Below are positions 49,162 to 58,663 of a stretch of 64,000 nt of DNA, in pieces. The DNA comes from an uncultured Ilumatobacteraceae bacterium (GTDB lineage: Bacteria > Actinomycetota > Acidimicrobiia > Acidimicrobiales > Ilumatobacteraceae). The notes beneath the pieces are model-generated. The model saw only the letters and a program-made list of their open reading frames with translations, searched no databases and had not been told where the DNA came from. The DNA lies in assembly GCA_964556225.1 (NCBI GenBank), contig CAZKVJ010000005.1, forward strand, positions 125,651 to 189,650, in the 5' to 3' direction. Every line of letters begins with the position of its first letter. The first letter of the stretch is position 1. Both the position numbers and the translations under genes were made by a program.

Positions 49162-50444
49162 GGAGCCACCGCGTCCTCGCTGGCGCCGTCGCGCTCATGG
49201 CCGCTGCCTCGGCGTGCGGCGGCGACGGCGCTGGGAACACCGCTCTGACCGAACCGGCGGCATCGGCCGCCCCAGCACCGAGCACCACGAGTGACTCCAG
49301 CGTGCCGGCCACCGAGGTGTCGACGACCACCGTCCCGGCCACCATCGCCCCCACAACGGCCGCCCCGACCACGACCGCGCCGGGTCCGGGCCCCGAGCCG
49401 ACCGCCGCGCTCGTGGAGGTCGCACGGGCCGACCAGCCCGTGGACCTGGCGGTGCGTCCCGGCGACCCGGCGCTCTACGTCGTGGAGCGCGCCGGCCGGG
49501 TGCGCCCGCTCCGGGACGGCGAGCTCGGCCCACCGGTGCTCGACATGACGGCGCTCACCCGGGCCGGCGGTGAGCGGGGGCTGCTCGGCCTGGCCTTCTC
49601 CCCCGACGGCTCGCTGGCGTATGTCAACTACACGGACCGCGCCGGCGACACGGTGGTGGCCGAGCACCCCGTCGGCGCCGATGGCACATTCGGCACCGCC
49701 CGCGTGCTGTTGACCATCGCCCAGCCGTATGCGAACCACAACGGCGGCGGCATGGCCACGGGCCCCGATGGTCTGCTCTACATCGGCACCGGCGACGGAG
49801 GGAGCCAGGGCGATCCGCAGCGGCGGGCCCTCGACGTGCGCCAGCTGCTCGGGAAGATGCTGCGGATCGATCCCACGCCGAGCGCCACCGCTGCGTACAC
49901 GATCCCGGCCGACAACCCGTTCCTCGCCGTCGCCGGCGCCCGCCCGGAGCTGTGGTCCCTCGGGCTGCGCAACCCGTGGCGGTTCTCGTTCGACCGAGAC
50001 ACGGGGGATCTGTGGATCGCCGACGTCGGCGCCTCGGCGGTGGAGGAGGTCGACGTGGCCTGGGCCGACGAGGGCGGCGGAGGTGGGCTGAGCTTCGGCT
50101 GGAGCGCGTTCGAGGGCGATGAGCGGCGCAACACGGACATGCCCGCCGAGGGCCACACCCCACCCTTCTACACGTACCCGCACGGCGACCTGGGGTGCTC
50201 GATCAGCGGCGGTGCCCGCTACCGGGGCACGGCGCTGGCCGCGCTCGGCGGCTGGTACGTGTTCAGCGACTACTGCTCGACGCTGGTGCGCGCCCTCGAG
50301 GTGCAGCCCGACCGGACCCTCGGACGGGTGGTCACCCTGGCCCAGGCGGGTGGACAGGTGAGCGCCGTGCGCGAGGGCACCGGCGGGGAGCTGTACGTGC
50401 TGCGCCTCGACGGGCCGATCCTGCAGGTGGTGCCGGCCGGCTGA
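49158..50444 (+). CDS. PQQ-dependent sugar (glucose/sorbosone) dehydrogenase lipoprotein
   Basis: Lipobox AAASACGG, beta-propeller motifs HNGGGMATGPDGLLYIGTGDGG and GLRNPWRFSFD. ATGA overlap with tesB. Confidence 0.85.
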   Translation: MRSHRVLAGAVALMAAASACGGDGAGNTALTEPAASAAPAPSTTSDSSVPATEVSTTTVPATIAPTTAAPTTTAPGPGPEPTAALVEVARADQPVDLAVRPGDPALYVVERAGRVRPLRDGELGPPVLDMTALTRAGGERGLLGLAFSPDGSLAYVNYTDRAGDTVVAEHPVGADGTFGTARVLLTIAQPYANHNGGGMATGPDGLLYIGTGDGGSQGDPQRRALDVRQLLGKMLRIDPTPSATAAYTIPADNPFLAVAGARPELWSLGLRNPWRFSFDRDTGDLWIADVGASAVEEVDVAWADEGGGGGLSFGWSAFEGDERRNTDMPAEGHTPPFYTYPHGDLGCSISGGARYRGTALAALGGWYVFSDYCSTLVRALEVQPDRTLGRVVTLAQAGGQVSAVREGTGGELYVLRLDGPILQVVPAG

Positions 50445-50453
50445 CGCCAGGGC

Positions 50454-51458
50454 TCAGCGGCGAGCCCCCATGAACATGCCCTTCAGGTCGTCGTAGTGCT
50501 CGATGCAGTGGCCGGCGCCGAGCACCACCGCCTCGAGCGGCATCGGCGACATCTTGACCGGGACCTGCGTCTCGCGCTCGATGCGCTGCGCCAGCCCCCG
50601 CAGCAGCCCGCCCCCACCAACGAGGTACATGCCCCGCACCAGGAAGTCCTGAGCCAGCTCGGGCGGCGCCTTGGCCAGACAGCGGATCACCGACTGGACC
50701 ACCGACGACACCACATCGTCGATGGCGAAGCGGATCTCCTCCGGGGTGATGACGACCGTCTTGGGCAGGCCCGTCATCAGGTCACGGCCACGAACCTCGG
50801 CCTGGGCCTCGTCCGGGGTGGGGTCGGCCGACCCGATGGCGACCTTGATCTCCTCGGCGGTGCGCTCGCCGATCGCGATGCCGCGCTCACGGCGCACGAA
50901 GGACTGGATGGCGGCGTCGATGTCGAAGCTGCCGACGCGGACCGCCTCGAGGGCCACGATGCCGCCCAGGGAGATCACCGCCGTCTCGCTGGTGCCGCCA
51001 CCGATGTCGATCACCATGTTGCCGACCGGCTCGTCGATCGGCAGGTCGGCACCGATCGCGGCCGCCATCGGCTGCTCGATGAGCTGCGCGTCGGCGGCGC
51101 CTGCCCGCCGGGCGGCGTCGGTCACCGCCCGCCGCTCGACCTCGGTGATCGCCGACGGCACGCAGATGACCACCTTCGGGCGGGTGAAGCGCGAGACGCC
51201 CACCCGTTGGAGCAGCAGACGGATCATGCGCTCGGTGATCTCGAAGTCCGTGATGGCCCCGCCGCGCAGCGGGCGGACCGCGACGATGTAGCCGGGCGTG
51301 CGTCCGATCATCTGCCAGGCCTCGTGCCCGGTGGCGAGGACCTCGCCGGTCTGGCGGTTCAAGGCGATGACCGACGGCTCGTTGAGGACGATCCCACGGC
51401 CCTTCATGTACACGAGCGTGTTCGCCGTGCCGAGGTCGATCGCGAGGTCACGGGCCAT
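50454..51458 (-). CDS. mreB: Rod shape-determining protein MreB
   Basis: DLGTANTLVY, DIGGGTSE and the actin-fold motifs throughout. Confidence 0.95.
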   Translation of the reverse strand: MARDLAIDLGTANTLVYMKGRGIVLNEPSVIALNRQTGEVLATGHEAWQMIGRTPGYIVAVRPLRGGAITDFEITERMIRLLLQRVGVSRFTRPKVVICVPSAITEVERRAVTDAARRAGAADAQLIEQPMAAAIGADLPIDEPVGNMVIDIGGGTSETAVISLGGIVALEAVRVGSFDIDAAIQSFVRRERGIAIGERTAEEIKVAIGSADPTPDEAQAEVRGRDLMTGLPKTVVITPEEIRFAIDDVVSSVVQSVIRCLAKAPPELAQDFLVRGMYLVGGGGLLRGLAQRIERETQVPVKMSPMPLEAVVLGAGHCIEHYDDLKGMFMGARR

Positions 51459-51461
51459 GGC

Positions 51462-51674
51462 TCAGGCGTCCTTCCCGCGGGTTCGGGGCTCTCCGTTGGA
51501 ACGGGTCGGGCGGACCCGGTCGATCACCTCGCGACGGGCCTCCGGTGACAGCGCGCTGATGTGACGCTGGAACTGGGCGACGCCATCGTCGGTCCGGGGG
51601 CGCCGGCGGGCCGCCACGACGAGCACCAGGCCCGCGACGGCGGCGATGCCCCCGAACACGTAGACGGCGGTCAT
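51462..51674 (-). CDS. Small single-TM hypothetical protein (70 aa)
   Basis: An N-terminal TM helix followed by a basic tail. ATGA overlap with the moaE stop, and it ends 3 nt before the mreB start. Confidence 0.45.
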   Translation of the reverse strand: MTAVYVFGGIAAVAGLVLVVAARRRPRTDDGVAQFQRHISALSPEARREVIDRVRPTRSNGEPRTRGKDA

Positions 51675-52165
51675 CGGCGGCCCTCGACGGTGGAGGCCTC
51701 GACCGTGCCGGCCTCGACGATGTCGTGGCTGGCCGTGCTCCAGTCCGACCCGGTGTCCCAGACCTCGTGCTTCCAGATCGGCACGGTCGCCTTCAGGGCG
51801 TCGATGGCGTAGCGGGCCGCCGCGAACGCCTCGGGCCGGTGAGGCGCTGACACCACGGCGAGAACCGAGGACTCCCCGACCTCGAGGCGCCCCGTGCGGT
51901 GCACGAGCACGATCCGCCCCGTCGCCGGCCAGCGCGTCCGGATCTCGTCGGCGATCGCAGCCAGCCGGGGCTGTGCCTGCTCCTCGTAGGCCTCGTACGT
52001 GAGGTGCTCCACGCCCTCACGGCCCTCGGCGTGGTCGCGCACGGTGCCGGAGAAGAGCACGACCGCGCCACAGTCCGCACGCACGGCCCAGTCGTAGGCC
52101 GCGCCGGCGTCGAGGGGGGCATCGGTGAGACCCAACCAGGTCTCGCCCTGCTCAGGGGCCTGCAC
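51671..52165 (-). CDS. moaE: Molybdopterin synthase catalytic subunit
   Basis: GAVVLFSGTVRDH, LTYEAYE, and SAPHR...A..YAIDALKATVPIWKHE. Confidence 0.9.
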   Translation of the reverse strand: MQAPEQGETWLGLTDAPLDAGAAYDWAVRADCGAVVLFSGTVRDHAEGREGVEHLTYEAYEEQAQPRLAAIADEIRTRWPATGRIVLVHRTGRLEVGESSVLAVVSAPHRPEAFAAARYAIDALKATVPIWKHEVWDTGSDWSTASHDIVEAGTVEASTVEGRR

Positions 52166-52232
52166 GACCAGGGATGGTATCGCCCGGGCGCGATGCCACC
52201 TGTGCTGTCGGGCTCACTACGCTCGCTCCTTC

Positions 52233-53372
52233 GTGGGCGACGACGAGTGGGACGACGACGGGAGCCCCGCTCCCCTGCCGCCACACGAGCGGTCCTGGCG
52301 GCATCCCTCCGAGCTCGGCGGGGTGGCGCCGACGGCAGCGGTCATGTCCCCGCCCCGGCCGGGACGGGGCGTGGTCCTGGTCGCCGGAGCTCTGGGAATC
52401 GTCCTCGTGGTCGGTCTGGCCCGTCTGCTGCTGCCACCGGACGGGTCCGCGCCGGGTACCGTCTCGGCGACCGGCTCCGACGCCGCCGTCGCCGCCTCCC
52501 TCTCGGCCACGACCCCGCCGTCGAACGCCGACACCTCCGGGCGTCCCTCGGTGACGGCGGTGCTGCCCGCCAGCGACGACCGTCCCAGTGCCGTGGCCAT
52601 CGGCGTAGGCAACGTGCTGCTCACCACCGCCGCGGCCGTCGACGGCCGAACGCAGCTGACGGTCGAGCTGGCAGGGGGCGAGGTCGTGTCCGCCGACGTG
52701 GTCACGGTCGATCAGGACGCCGGCATCGCCGTGCTCGAGGCCGAGGCGAAGCTGCAACCCGTAACGACGGCCGCCGCGCCGAGCGGTGGTGACGAGGTGA
52801 CGGTGCTGGTCGGTGAGGGTGTCCAGGCCGTCGTGTCCGTCGACGCCGACGGCGTGCTGTGGCTGCGGCCGTTCGTCGGGGAGGGCCCGATGGAGGGCAC
52901 GCCGGTCCTGAACGACGACGGCGACGTGGTCGGGCTGTGCAGCCGCACCGGCAGCGGCCGGTCTCGCCTCGTCCCGGTCGACATCGAGATCGACACGAAC
53001 CTCGACAAGGACGCGGCGTCGACGACCTCGACGGTCGCGCCGGCCGACCACCGCCCGTGGCTCGGCATCTCGGCGACCAGGACCGCTGAGGGGACCCCCG
53101 CCTCGACGACGGCGCCGACCGATGGCGCTCCGGGTGGGGTGCTCATCGGAGGGGTCATGGACGCCAGCCCGGCTGCCGCCGCCGGGCTCGTCGCCGGCGA
53201 CGTGATCCTCACCGTCGACGGGGAGGACGTGGCGTCCATCGAGGCGCTCGCCGAGATGATCGCCGATCGCCAGCCGGGCGACCAGGTCGTGCTCGGCGTC
53301 CGGCCGGCCGCCGACCCGACCACGGTGCTCGAGATCACCGTGCCGCTCGGGCACTGGCCGGTCGCGGCCTGA
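52233..53372 (+). CDS. Membrane-anchored HtrA-like protein with PDZ domain, with catalytic His and Ser apparently replaced
   Basis: WRHPSE N-terminal motif and one TM. The S1C-like core has LLTTAAAV (versus LTNAHVV), DAGIAVLE (Asp kept) and MEGTPVLN (versus NSGGPLVN). C-terminal PDZ (GVLIGGVMDASPAAAAGLVAGDVILTVDG). GTG 52233 chosen. Confidence 0.65.
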   Translation: MGDDEWDDDGSPAPLPPHERSWRHPSELGGVAPTAAVMSPPRPGRGVVLVAGALGIVLVVGLARLLLPPDGSAPGTVSATGSDAAVAASLSATTPPSNADTSGRPSVTAVLPASDDRPSAVAIGVGNVLLTTAAAVDGRTQLTVELAGGEVVSADVVTVDQDAGIAVLEAEAKLQPVTTAAAPSGGDEVTVLVGEGVQAVVSVDADGVLWLRPFVGEGPMEGTPVLNDDGDVVGLCSRTGSGRSRLVPVDIEIDTNLDKDAASTTSTVAPADHRPWLGISATRTAEGTPASTTAPTDGAPGGVLIGGVMDASPAAAAGLVAGDVILTVDGEDVASIEALAEMIADRQPGDQVVLGVRPAADPTTVLEITVPLGHWPVAA

Positions 53373-53380
53373 GACGCGCC

Positions 53381-54373
53381 TCAGCGTCGGCGACGCCGGC
53401 GGACGGCCTGCACGCCGACCACCGAGGCGACCACCCCGACGACCAGCGACAGGACCATCGCCCCGAGCGCGAGCTCCTGCTTGCGCTTCGGGGTGAGCAT
53501 CGTGAACCAGCGTGCCTCGGTGCCCTCGACGTAGGCCTGCTCGTTGGTGACACGAGGTCGCCAGCCCTCGGCTCGGAGGCGGTCGTTCGCGACCAGCCAC
53601 GGCCAGCGGGTGTAGGGCCGCAGGCCCGGTGGGATCGGGCCGCGCTGGAAGCGCCACCGGAGGTCGGCCAACGCATCGGCGAACGGCGACGGGAGGCGCA
53701 GCCGTGGCGGGCTGCCGGCGAGTGAGCGGACGGTCGCGGCGTCGATCCAGCCATCCGGCGCCACGTTGTAGACGCCGTCGAGGCCGGAGGTCACTGCCAG
53801 CACGACGGCGTCGGCCAGGTCGTCGAGGTGGAGGTACTGCGAGGGCGCATCGTCCTCGCCGGCGCGCTGTCCGATCCCAGCGGCCAGCGCCCTCACGAGC
53901 CCGGACGTGCCGTCGGCGGCCATCGCCGGGACCGGGCGCAGCACGGCCACCTGCCGGCAGGGGCCGGAGCGGCGCCAGTCGTCGACGAGCTGCTCCACGG
54001 CCGCCAGCTGACGGGCGAACACGAAGCCGGCATCCGGGCGAAGCGGCGCGTCCTCGGTGAGCGGGACCGGGTTGTTCGGCCAGGCCCCATAGACCATGGC
54101 CGAGGACAGGAGCACGAGCCGGTGCACCTGGCCGGCATCGAGGCGGCCCAGCAGCTCGGCGGTGCCGTCGATGGCACTGCTGCGCCGGCGGGCCAGTCGG
54201 TCGTGGTCGCCGGCCCGGAGGTGCACGACCACCGCGGTGCCCTCGGGCAGGTCGTCGCCGGCCAGGTCGTCGATGGCGTGGGGCTCGTAGCCGGGGAGCT
54301 CGCGCAGGCGGTCGATCACCCGCCGGCCGAGACCGCCCGCCGACCCCGTGACGGCCACGACGACACCGGTCAT
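53381..54373 (-). CDS. NAD-dependent epimerase/dehydratase family protein with C-terminal TM anchor
   Basis: VAVTGSAGGLGRRV Rossmann motif, and a C-terminal hydrophobic helix followed by RRRRRR. ATG at 54373. Confidence 0.75.
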   Translation of the reverse strand: MTGVVVAVTGSAGGLGRRVIDRLRELPGYEPHAIDDLAGDDLPEGTAVVVHLRAGDHDRLARRRSSAIDGTAELLGRLDAGQVHRLVLLSSAMVYGAWPNNPVPLTEDAPLRPDAGFVFARQLAAVEQLVDDWRRSGPCRQVAVLRPVPAMAADGTSGLVRALAAGIGQRAGEDDAPSQYLHLDDLADAVVLAVTSGLDGVYNVAPDGWIDAATVRSLAGSPPRLRLPSPFADALADLRWRFQRGPIPPGLRPYTRWPWLVANDRLRAEGWRPRVTNEQAYVEGTEARWFTMLTPKRKQELALGAMVLSLVVGVVASVVGVQAVRRRRRR

Positions 54374-54432
54374 GGCGCCGAGGCTAACCCCCGCCCGGCG
54401 TGAGCCGCCCGGTCCACCCGTAGCATCACGCC

Positions 54433-55605
54433 ATGGCCGACCAGGATCCCGACGACCTCCCCTTCGGAGGGCTGCCGGTGTTCGGCGATCTGGCACGAGC
54501 GTTCGCGGCGCAGGGGCCGCTCCACTGGGACGCCGCCCGGCAGTTCGCCGTGCTCACCGCCACGGGCGGCACGCCCGAGCCGAACGTCGACCCGGCCGTG
54601 CGCTTCGCGCTCGACGAGCTGGCCCGCATCGCCGACCCGCACGTGCAGGCCGTCAGCGGGCTGGCGACCGGGCCCGACGGGCGGACGCCGGCCATCGTGC
54701 CGGTCACGCCGGGGGTGTGGGCCCAGCGCACGCTCGAGGCGTACCGCCCGCTGTTCACGGAGCTGGCCACCTCGCTCGCACCGGCCCCGGCCGACGACGA
54801 CGAGACCACCGACCCCGCCGCGGCCATGTTCGCCGGGTTGAGCCGGATGATGGCACCGGCGATGCTCGGCATGGCCGTGGGCTCGATGGTCGGCCAGCTG
54901 GCTCGCCGGGCGTTCGGGCAGTACGACCTGCCGATCCCGCGGCCGGTCGCCGACGAGCTCCTCGTCGTGACCGACGCCATCGACTCGTTCGCGTCCGAGT
55001 GGGAGCTGGCCGTCGACGAGATGCGGCTGTGGGTGGTCACCCAGGAGCTCACGGGCCACGCGCTGCTGCGGGTGGCGCACCTTCGCGACCGCCTCACGGA
55101 CCTGGTCCGCCGACACGTCGGCGCGTTCCGCCCGGATCCGTCGGCCGTCGTCGACAAGCTGGGAGGGCTCGAGCTCACCAGCGGCGACCCGATGAGCGCC
55201 CTCAACGCCGTGCTCGGCGATCCGGAGGTGCTGCTCGGCGCCGTGCGCACGCCCGAGCAGGATGCGCTGGCGCCCGCCCTCGACGCCATCGTGGCGCTGG
55301 TCGTGGGCTACGTCGACCACGTGGTCGACGCGGTCGCATCGCGCGTGCTCGGCGGCGGAGGCCGCATCGCCGAGGCCGTCCGGCGGCGCCGGGTCGAGGC
55401 CTCACCCGACGACGTGTTCGTCGAGCGGCTGCTGGGCCTGCGCCTCACCCGCGAACAGGTCCAGCGCGGCCGGGCCTTCGTCGACGGCGTCATCGAGCGG
55501 GCCGGCAGCGACGGGCTGACGCCGCTGCTCATCGACGCCGGCGCGCTGCCGACCCCGGCCGAGCTCGACGCCCCCGGCCTGTGGTTGGCCCGCCTCGAGC
55601 TCTGA
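54433..55605 (+). CDS. Zincin-like (DUF2342/TIGR03624-type) putative hydrolase
   Basis: Overall family-like sequence. The region RLWVVTQELTGHALL sits where I expect RLW..HE.TH. Confidence 0.55.
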   Translation: MADQDPDDLPFGGLPVFGDLARAFAAQGPLHWDAARQFAVLTATGGTPEPNVDPAVRFALDELARIADPHVQAVSGLATGPDGRTPAIVPVTPGVWAQRTLEAYRPLFTELATSLAPAPADDDETTDPAAAMFAGLSRMMAPAMLGMAVGSMVGQLARRAFGQYDLPIPRPVADELLVVTDAIDSFASEWELAVDEMRLWVVTQELTGHALLRVAHLRDRLTDLVRRHVGAFRPDPSAVVDKLGGLELTSGDPMSALNAVLGDPEVLLGAVRTPEQDALAPALDAIVALVVGYVDHVVDAVASRVLGGGGRIAEAVRRRRVEASPDDVFVERLLGLRLTREQVQRGRAFVDGVIERAGSDGLTPLLIDAGALPTPAELDAPGLWLARLEL

Positions 55606-56779
55606 GCACCGACAGGCGCACCGTCGACACCGTGGCCGCCGCCAGGGCCACGGCCATCACCACGAAGCCCGCCACGCCGGGCAGGTCGGCGAGCACGGCG
55701 ACCGCCCCCGCCACCACCCAGGCCAGCTGGAAGCGCAGCTCGAAGCGGGCGAACGCCCGACCCCGGTTGGCGTCGGGCGCGTCGCGCTGCACGATCGAAT
55801 CGAAGGCGAGCCGGCCGAGGGCAGCACCGCCGTTGACCGCCGGTGCCAGCAGGACACCAGCCAGCACGCTGCCGAACACGGCGGCGAGCAGCGACGCCAC
55901 CGTGACGAACCCGAGCACGATCACGAGGATGCGCTCCTCCCGGAGCTGCGTGCGGATCAGCGGTGCGAGCGCGTTGGCACCAACAGTGGCCAGGGCCGAC
56001 AGGGTCAACGCCAGCGCGAACCAGAACATCGCCGCCGACTGGTCCCGCAGCCAGAACGCGAGCAGGAAGAACAAGAACCCCACGGCCGCCCGCAGCACCG
56101 TCATCACGAACGCGCCCTGCACCACGCTCGGGGAGTGGAGCTCTTCGACCTCGATGTCCGGCTCGGGCCCGGCCGCCACCACCTGTCGGGGCAGCGCGAA
56201 CGCCGTGACCAGTGCCCCCGCGAACAAGGCGGCGTCCACCAGCAGCGTCGCGTCGACGCCCACGATCTTCTGCACCAGCGCTGCCGGCATGACGATGACG
56301 CCGCCGACCACGCCGGACAAGAGGGCGAGCTTGCTGTTCGCCTCGACCAGCTCGGTGTGGTGGCCCACGACCGTCGGCACCAGCGCCGCCTTGGACACGT
56401 AGTAGGTCTTCTGGAGCACGAGCGCCGCGAACACCAGGGGGAAGAGCACCAGGTCATCCACCCGTCCGAGCATCAGCAGCGCGATGACGACGCGCCCGGC
56501 GGCGGTGACGATGACGACCATCCGCCGACCGCCTCGCATCCGGTCAATGACGGGGCCGATCGTCGGCGCCACCACGGCGAAGGGCAGGAAGCTCACCAGG
56601 AGGAACAGCAGAACCTTGCCCCGGGCGGCGTCCGGGCTGATGGACAAGAACAGCGAGTCGGCCAGCGCGACGGTCATCACGGCGTCGCCCGCCGCCATCA
56701 ACGAGTGGGTCCGGGCCAGACGCTGGAACGGCGTCACCAGCATCCGGGCCGACTCGCGGGGCGTGGGCACGCGCCGCAT
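55529..56779 (-). CDS. MFS transporter
   Basis: About 12 predicted TM helices and a DRMRGGRR loop motif (D-R-x-G-R-R). An alternative start at 56743 is possible. Confidence 0.8.
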   Translation of the reverse strand: MRRVPTPRESARMLVTPFQRLARTHSLMAAGDAVMTVALADSLFLSISPDAARGKVLLFLLVSFLPFAVVAPTIGPVIDRMRGGRRMVVIVTAAGRVVIALLMLGRVDDLVLFPLVFAALVLQKTYYVSKAALVPTVVGHHTELVEANSKLALLSGVVGGVIVMPAALVQKIVGVDATLLVDAALFAGALVTAFALPRQVVAAGPEPDIEVEELHSPSVVQGAFVMTVLRAAVGFLFFLLAFWLRDQSAAMFWFALALTLSALATVGANALAPLIRTQLREERILVIVLGFVTVASLLAAVFGSVLAGVLLAPAVNGGAALGRLAFDSIVQRDAPDANRGRAFARFELRFQLAWVVAGAVAVLADLPGVAGFVVMAVALAAATVSTVRLSVLRARGGPTTGRGRRARPGSAARRRR

Positions 56780-56794
56780 GCTACGAGCGGCCGG

Positions 56795-57493
56795 TCAGCG
56801 CGGACGTTCGTACTTGTAGCCGAGCCCCCGGATGGTGACGATCCTCGTCGGGTTGGCCGGATCCGTCTCGATCTTGGAGCGCAGGCGCTTCACGTGCACG
56901 TCGAGCGTCTTGGTGTCGCCCACGTAGTCGCGCCCCCACACCCGGTCGATGAGCGTCTCACGAGGGAGCACCCGCCCGGCGTTGGCCAGCAGCAGGTGGA
57001 GCAGCTCGAACTCCTTCAGCGGGAGTGCCACGACCTCGCCCCGCACCACCACTTCGTGCTGGTCGGGGTCCAACATCACATCGCCGACCGTCAGCGCCGC
57101 GCCCGTCAGCTCGGTGGCGCCGTCCAGCGGCGCCCGTCTCAGCACGGCCCGCATGCGGGCGACCAGCTCACGCAGGCGGTAGGGCTTGGTGACGTAGTCG
57201 TCGGCGCCGACCTCGAGCCCGACGACCGTGTCGATCTCGCCGCCCTTGGCGGTGACCATGATGATGGGCACCTGGGAGCGCTTGCGCAGCTGGCGGCAGA
57301 CGTCGATGCCCGAGATCCGCGGGAGCATCACGTCGAGCAGGACGAGATCGGGCTGCACGACGTCGAACACGTCGAGCGCCTGGGCCCCGTCTCTGGCAAC
57401 CTCGACCTGGAAGCCCTCGCGCTTGAGGCCGACGGTCAGCGCGTCGATGAAGGACTCCTCGTCCTCGACCACGAGGACGGTGGGGGTGGTCAT
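56795..57493 (-). CDS. regX3: OmpR/PhoB-family response regulator (RegX3/PhoP-like)
   Basis: VLVVEDEESF, LLDVMLP, GADDYVTKPY, and the winged helix LDVHVKRLRSKIE...IVTIRGLGY. Confidence 0.88.
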   Translation of the reverse strand: MTTPTVLVVEDEESFIDALTVGLKREGFQVEVARDGAQALDVFDVVQPDLVLLDVMLPRISGIDVCRQLRKRSQVPIIMVTAKGGEIDTVVGLEVGADDYVTKPYRLRELVARMRAVLRRAPLDGATELTGAALTVGDVMLDPDQHEVVVRGEVVALPLKEFELLHLLLANAGRVLPRETLIDRVWGRDYVGDTKTLDVHVKRLRSKIETDPANPTRIVTIRGLGYKYERPR

Positions 57494-58656
57494 GGGGGAC
57501 TCCCTGGTGCAGGTGCGATGGGGACGTGGACGGCGGCGGGGATCCGGAGCCGGAACGTGGAGCCGACGCCCTCGGCCGAGGTGACGGTGACCTCTCCACC
57601 GTGGTTCGACGCCACGTGGCGCACGATGGCCAGCCCGAGCCCGGTGCCGCCGGTCGCGCGGCTGCGGCCCTTGTCGACCCGGTAGAAGCGCTCGAAGATC
57701 CGGTCGAGGTCGCGCTCGGGGATCCCGATGCCGTGGTCGGCGACCTCGAAGTCGACCCAGGGACCGGCGCCAGCGGCGCACACGAGAACCTCGCTGCCGG
57801 CCTCGCTGTACTTGACGGAGTTCTCCACGAGGTTGCCCAATGCCGACACCAGCTGGCGGCGGTCGCCGAGCGCGACCAGGCCCTCTTGGGGCTCACGGAC
57901 CTCGAGGTGGATGTCGCACGCCCGCGCCAGCGGGGCAACGCGCTCACAGGCTTCGAGCAGCACCTGGTGGACATCAACGGCGGCGCGGATCGCAGCACCG
58001 CCGAGCTCGATCCGGGAGAGCTCGAGGAGGTCGTCGATGGTGCGCGCGACCCGGTGGGCCTCGTCGACCATCTTCAACGACAGCCGGCGCATGTCACTGG
58101 TGTCGTCGGCGTCGGCGACCGCCTCGGCCAGCACGCCGAGGGCGCCGACCGGCGTCTTGAGCTCGTGGCTGATGTTCGCCACGAAGTCCGTGCGGACCGA
58201 GTCGAGCCGGGAGCGCTCGGTGATGTCCTCGATGGTGACGACGCCACCGCCCTGACCCAGGGGCGCCCCGTGGACCACCACGACCCGTCTCGGCGGACCG
58301 CTGAGCTCGACCACCCGCTCGGGCCGCGCGCCACCGATCGCTGCGGCCATCACCTCGTCGATCGCCCTGGCCACGAGCAGGTCACCGGGGCGCGAGGCGC
58401 CCGGATGCTGCGCCGCAGCGTTCCGGAGTCGGACGGTGCCGTCCGTGTCGGCCAGTACCACGCCGACCGACAGCGCATCGAGCGCGGCCCGCACCCGTCG
58501 CAGCTCGCCCTCGGCCCGACCGATCCGGACGTCGGCGGAACGCACCTCGGCCGCGTGCGCCTGGCACCCGTCCAGGTCCGTGCGGCACCGACGCCACCCG
58601 AGCGCGAACGGAACGGCACCGACGAGCACGCCGATGGCCAGCCCGAGCAGAAGCAC
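57490..58656 (-). CDS. senX3: Sensor histidine kinase (SenX3/PhoR-like) with PAS domain
   Basis: H-box FVANISHELKTP, N-box NLVENSVKYS and G-boxes DHGIGI/GTGLGLAIV. Overlaps the response regulator start. Confidence 0.88.
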   Translation of the reverse strand: MLLLGLAIGVLVGAVPFALGWRRCRTDLDGCQAHAAEVRSADVRIGRAEGELRRVRAALDALSVGVVLADTDGTVRLRNAAAQHPGASRPGDLLVARAIDEVMAAAIGGARPERVVELSGPPRRVVVVHGAPLGQGGGVVTIEDITERSRLDSVRTDFVANISHELKTPVGALGVLAEAVADADDTSDMRRLSLKMVDEAHRVARTIDDLLELSRIELGGAAIRAAVDVHQVLLEACERVAPLARACDIHLEVREPQEGLVALGDRRQLVSALGNLVENSVKYSEAGSEVLVCAAGAGPWVDFEVADHGIGIPERDLDRIFERFYRVDKGRSRATGGTGLGLAIVRHVASNHGGEVTVTSAEGVGSTFRLRIPAAVHVPIAPAPGSPP

Positions 58657-58663
58657 GCCCGGC

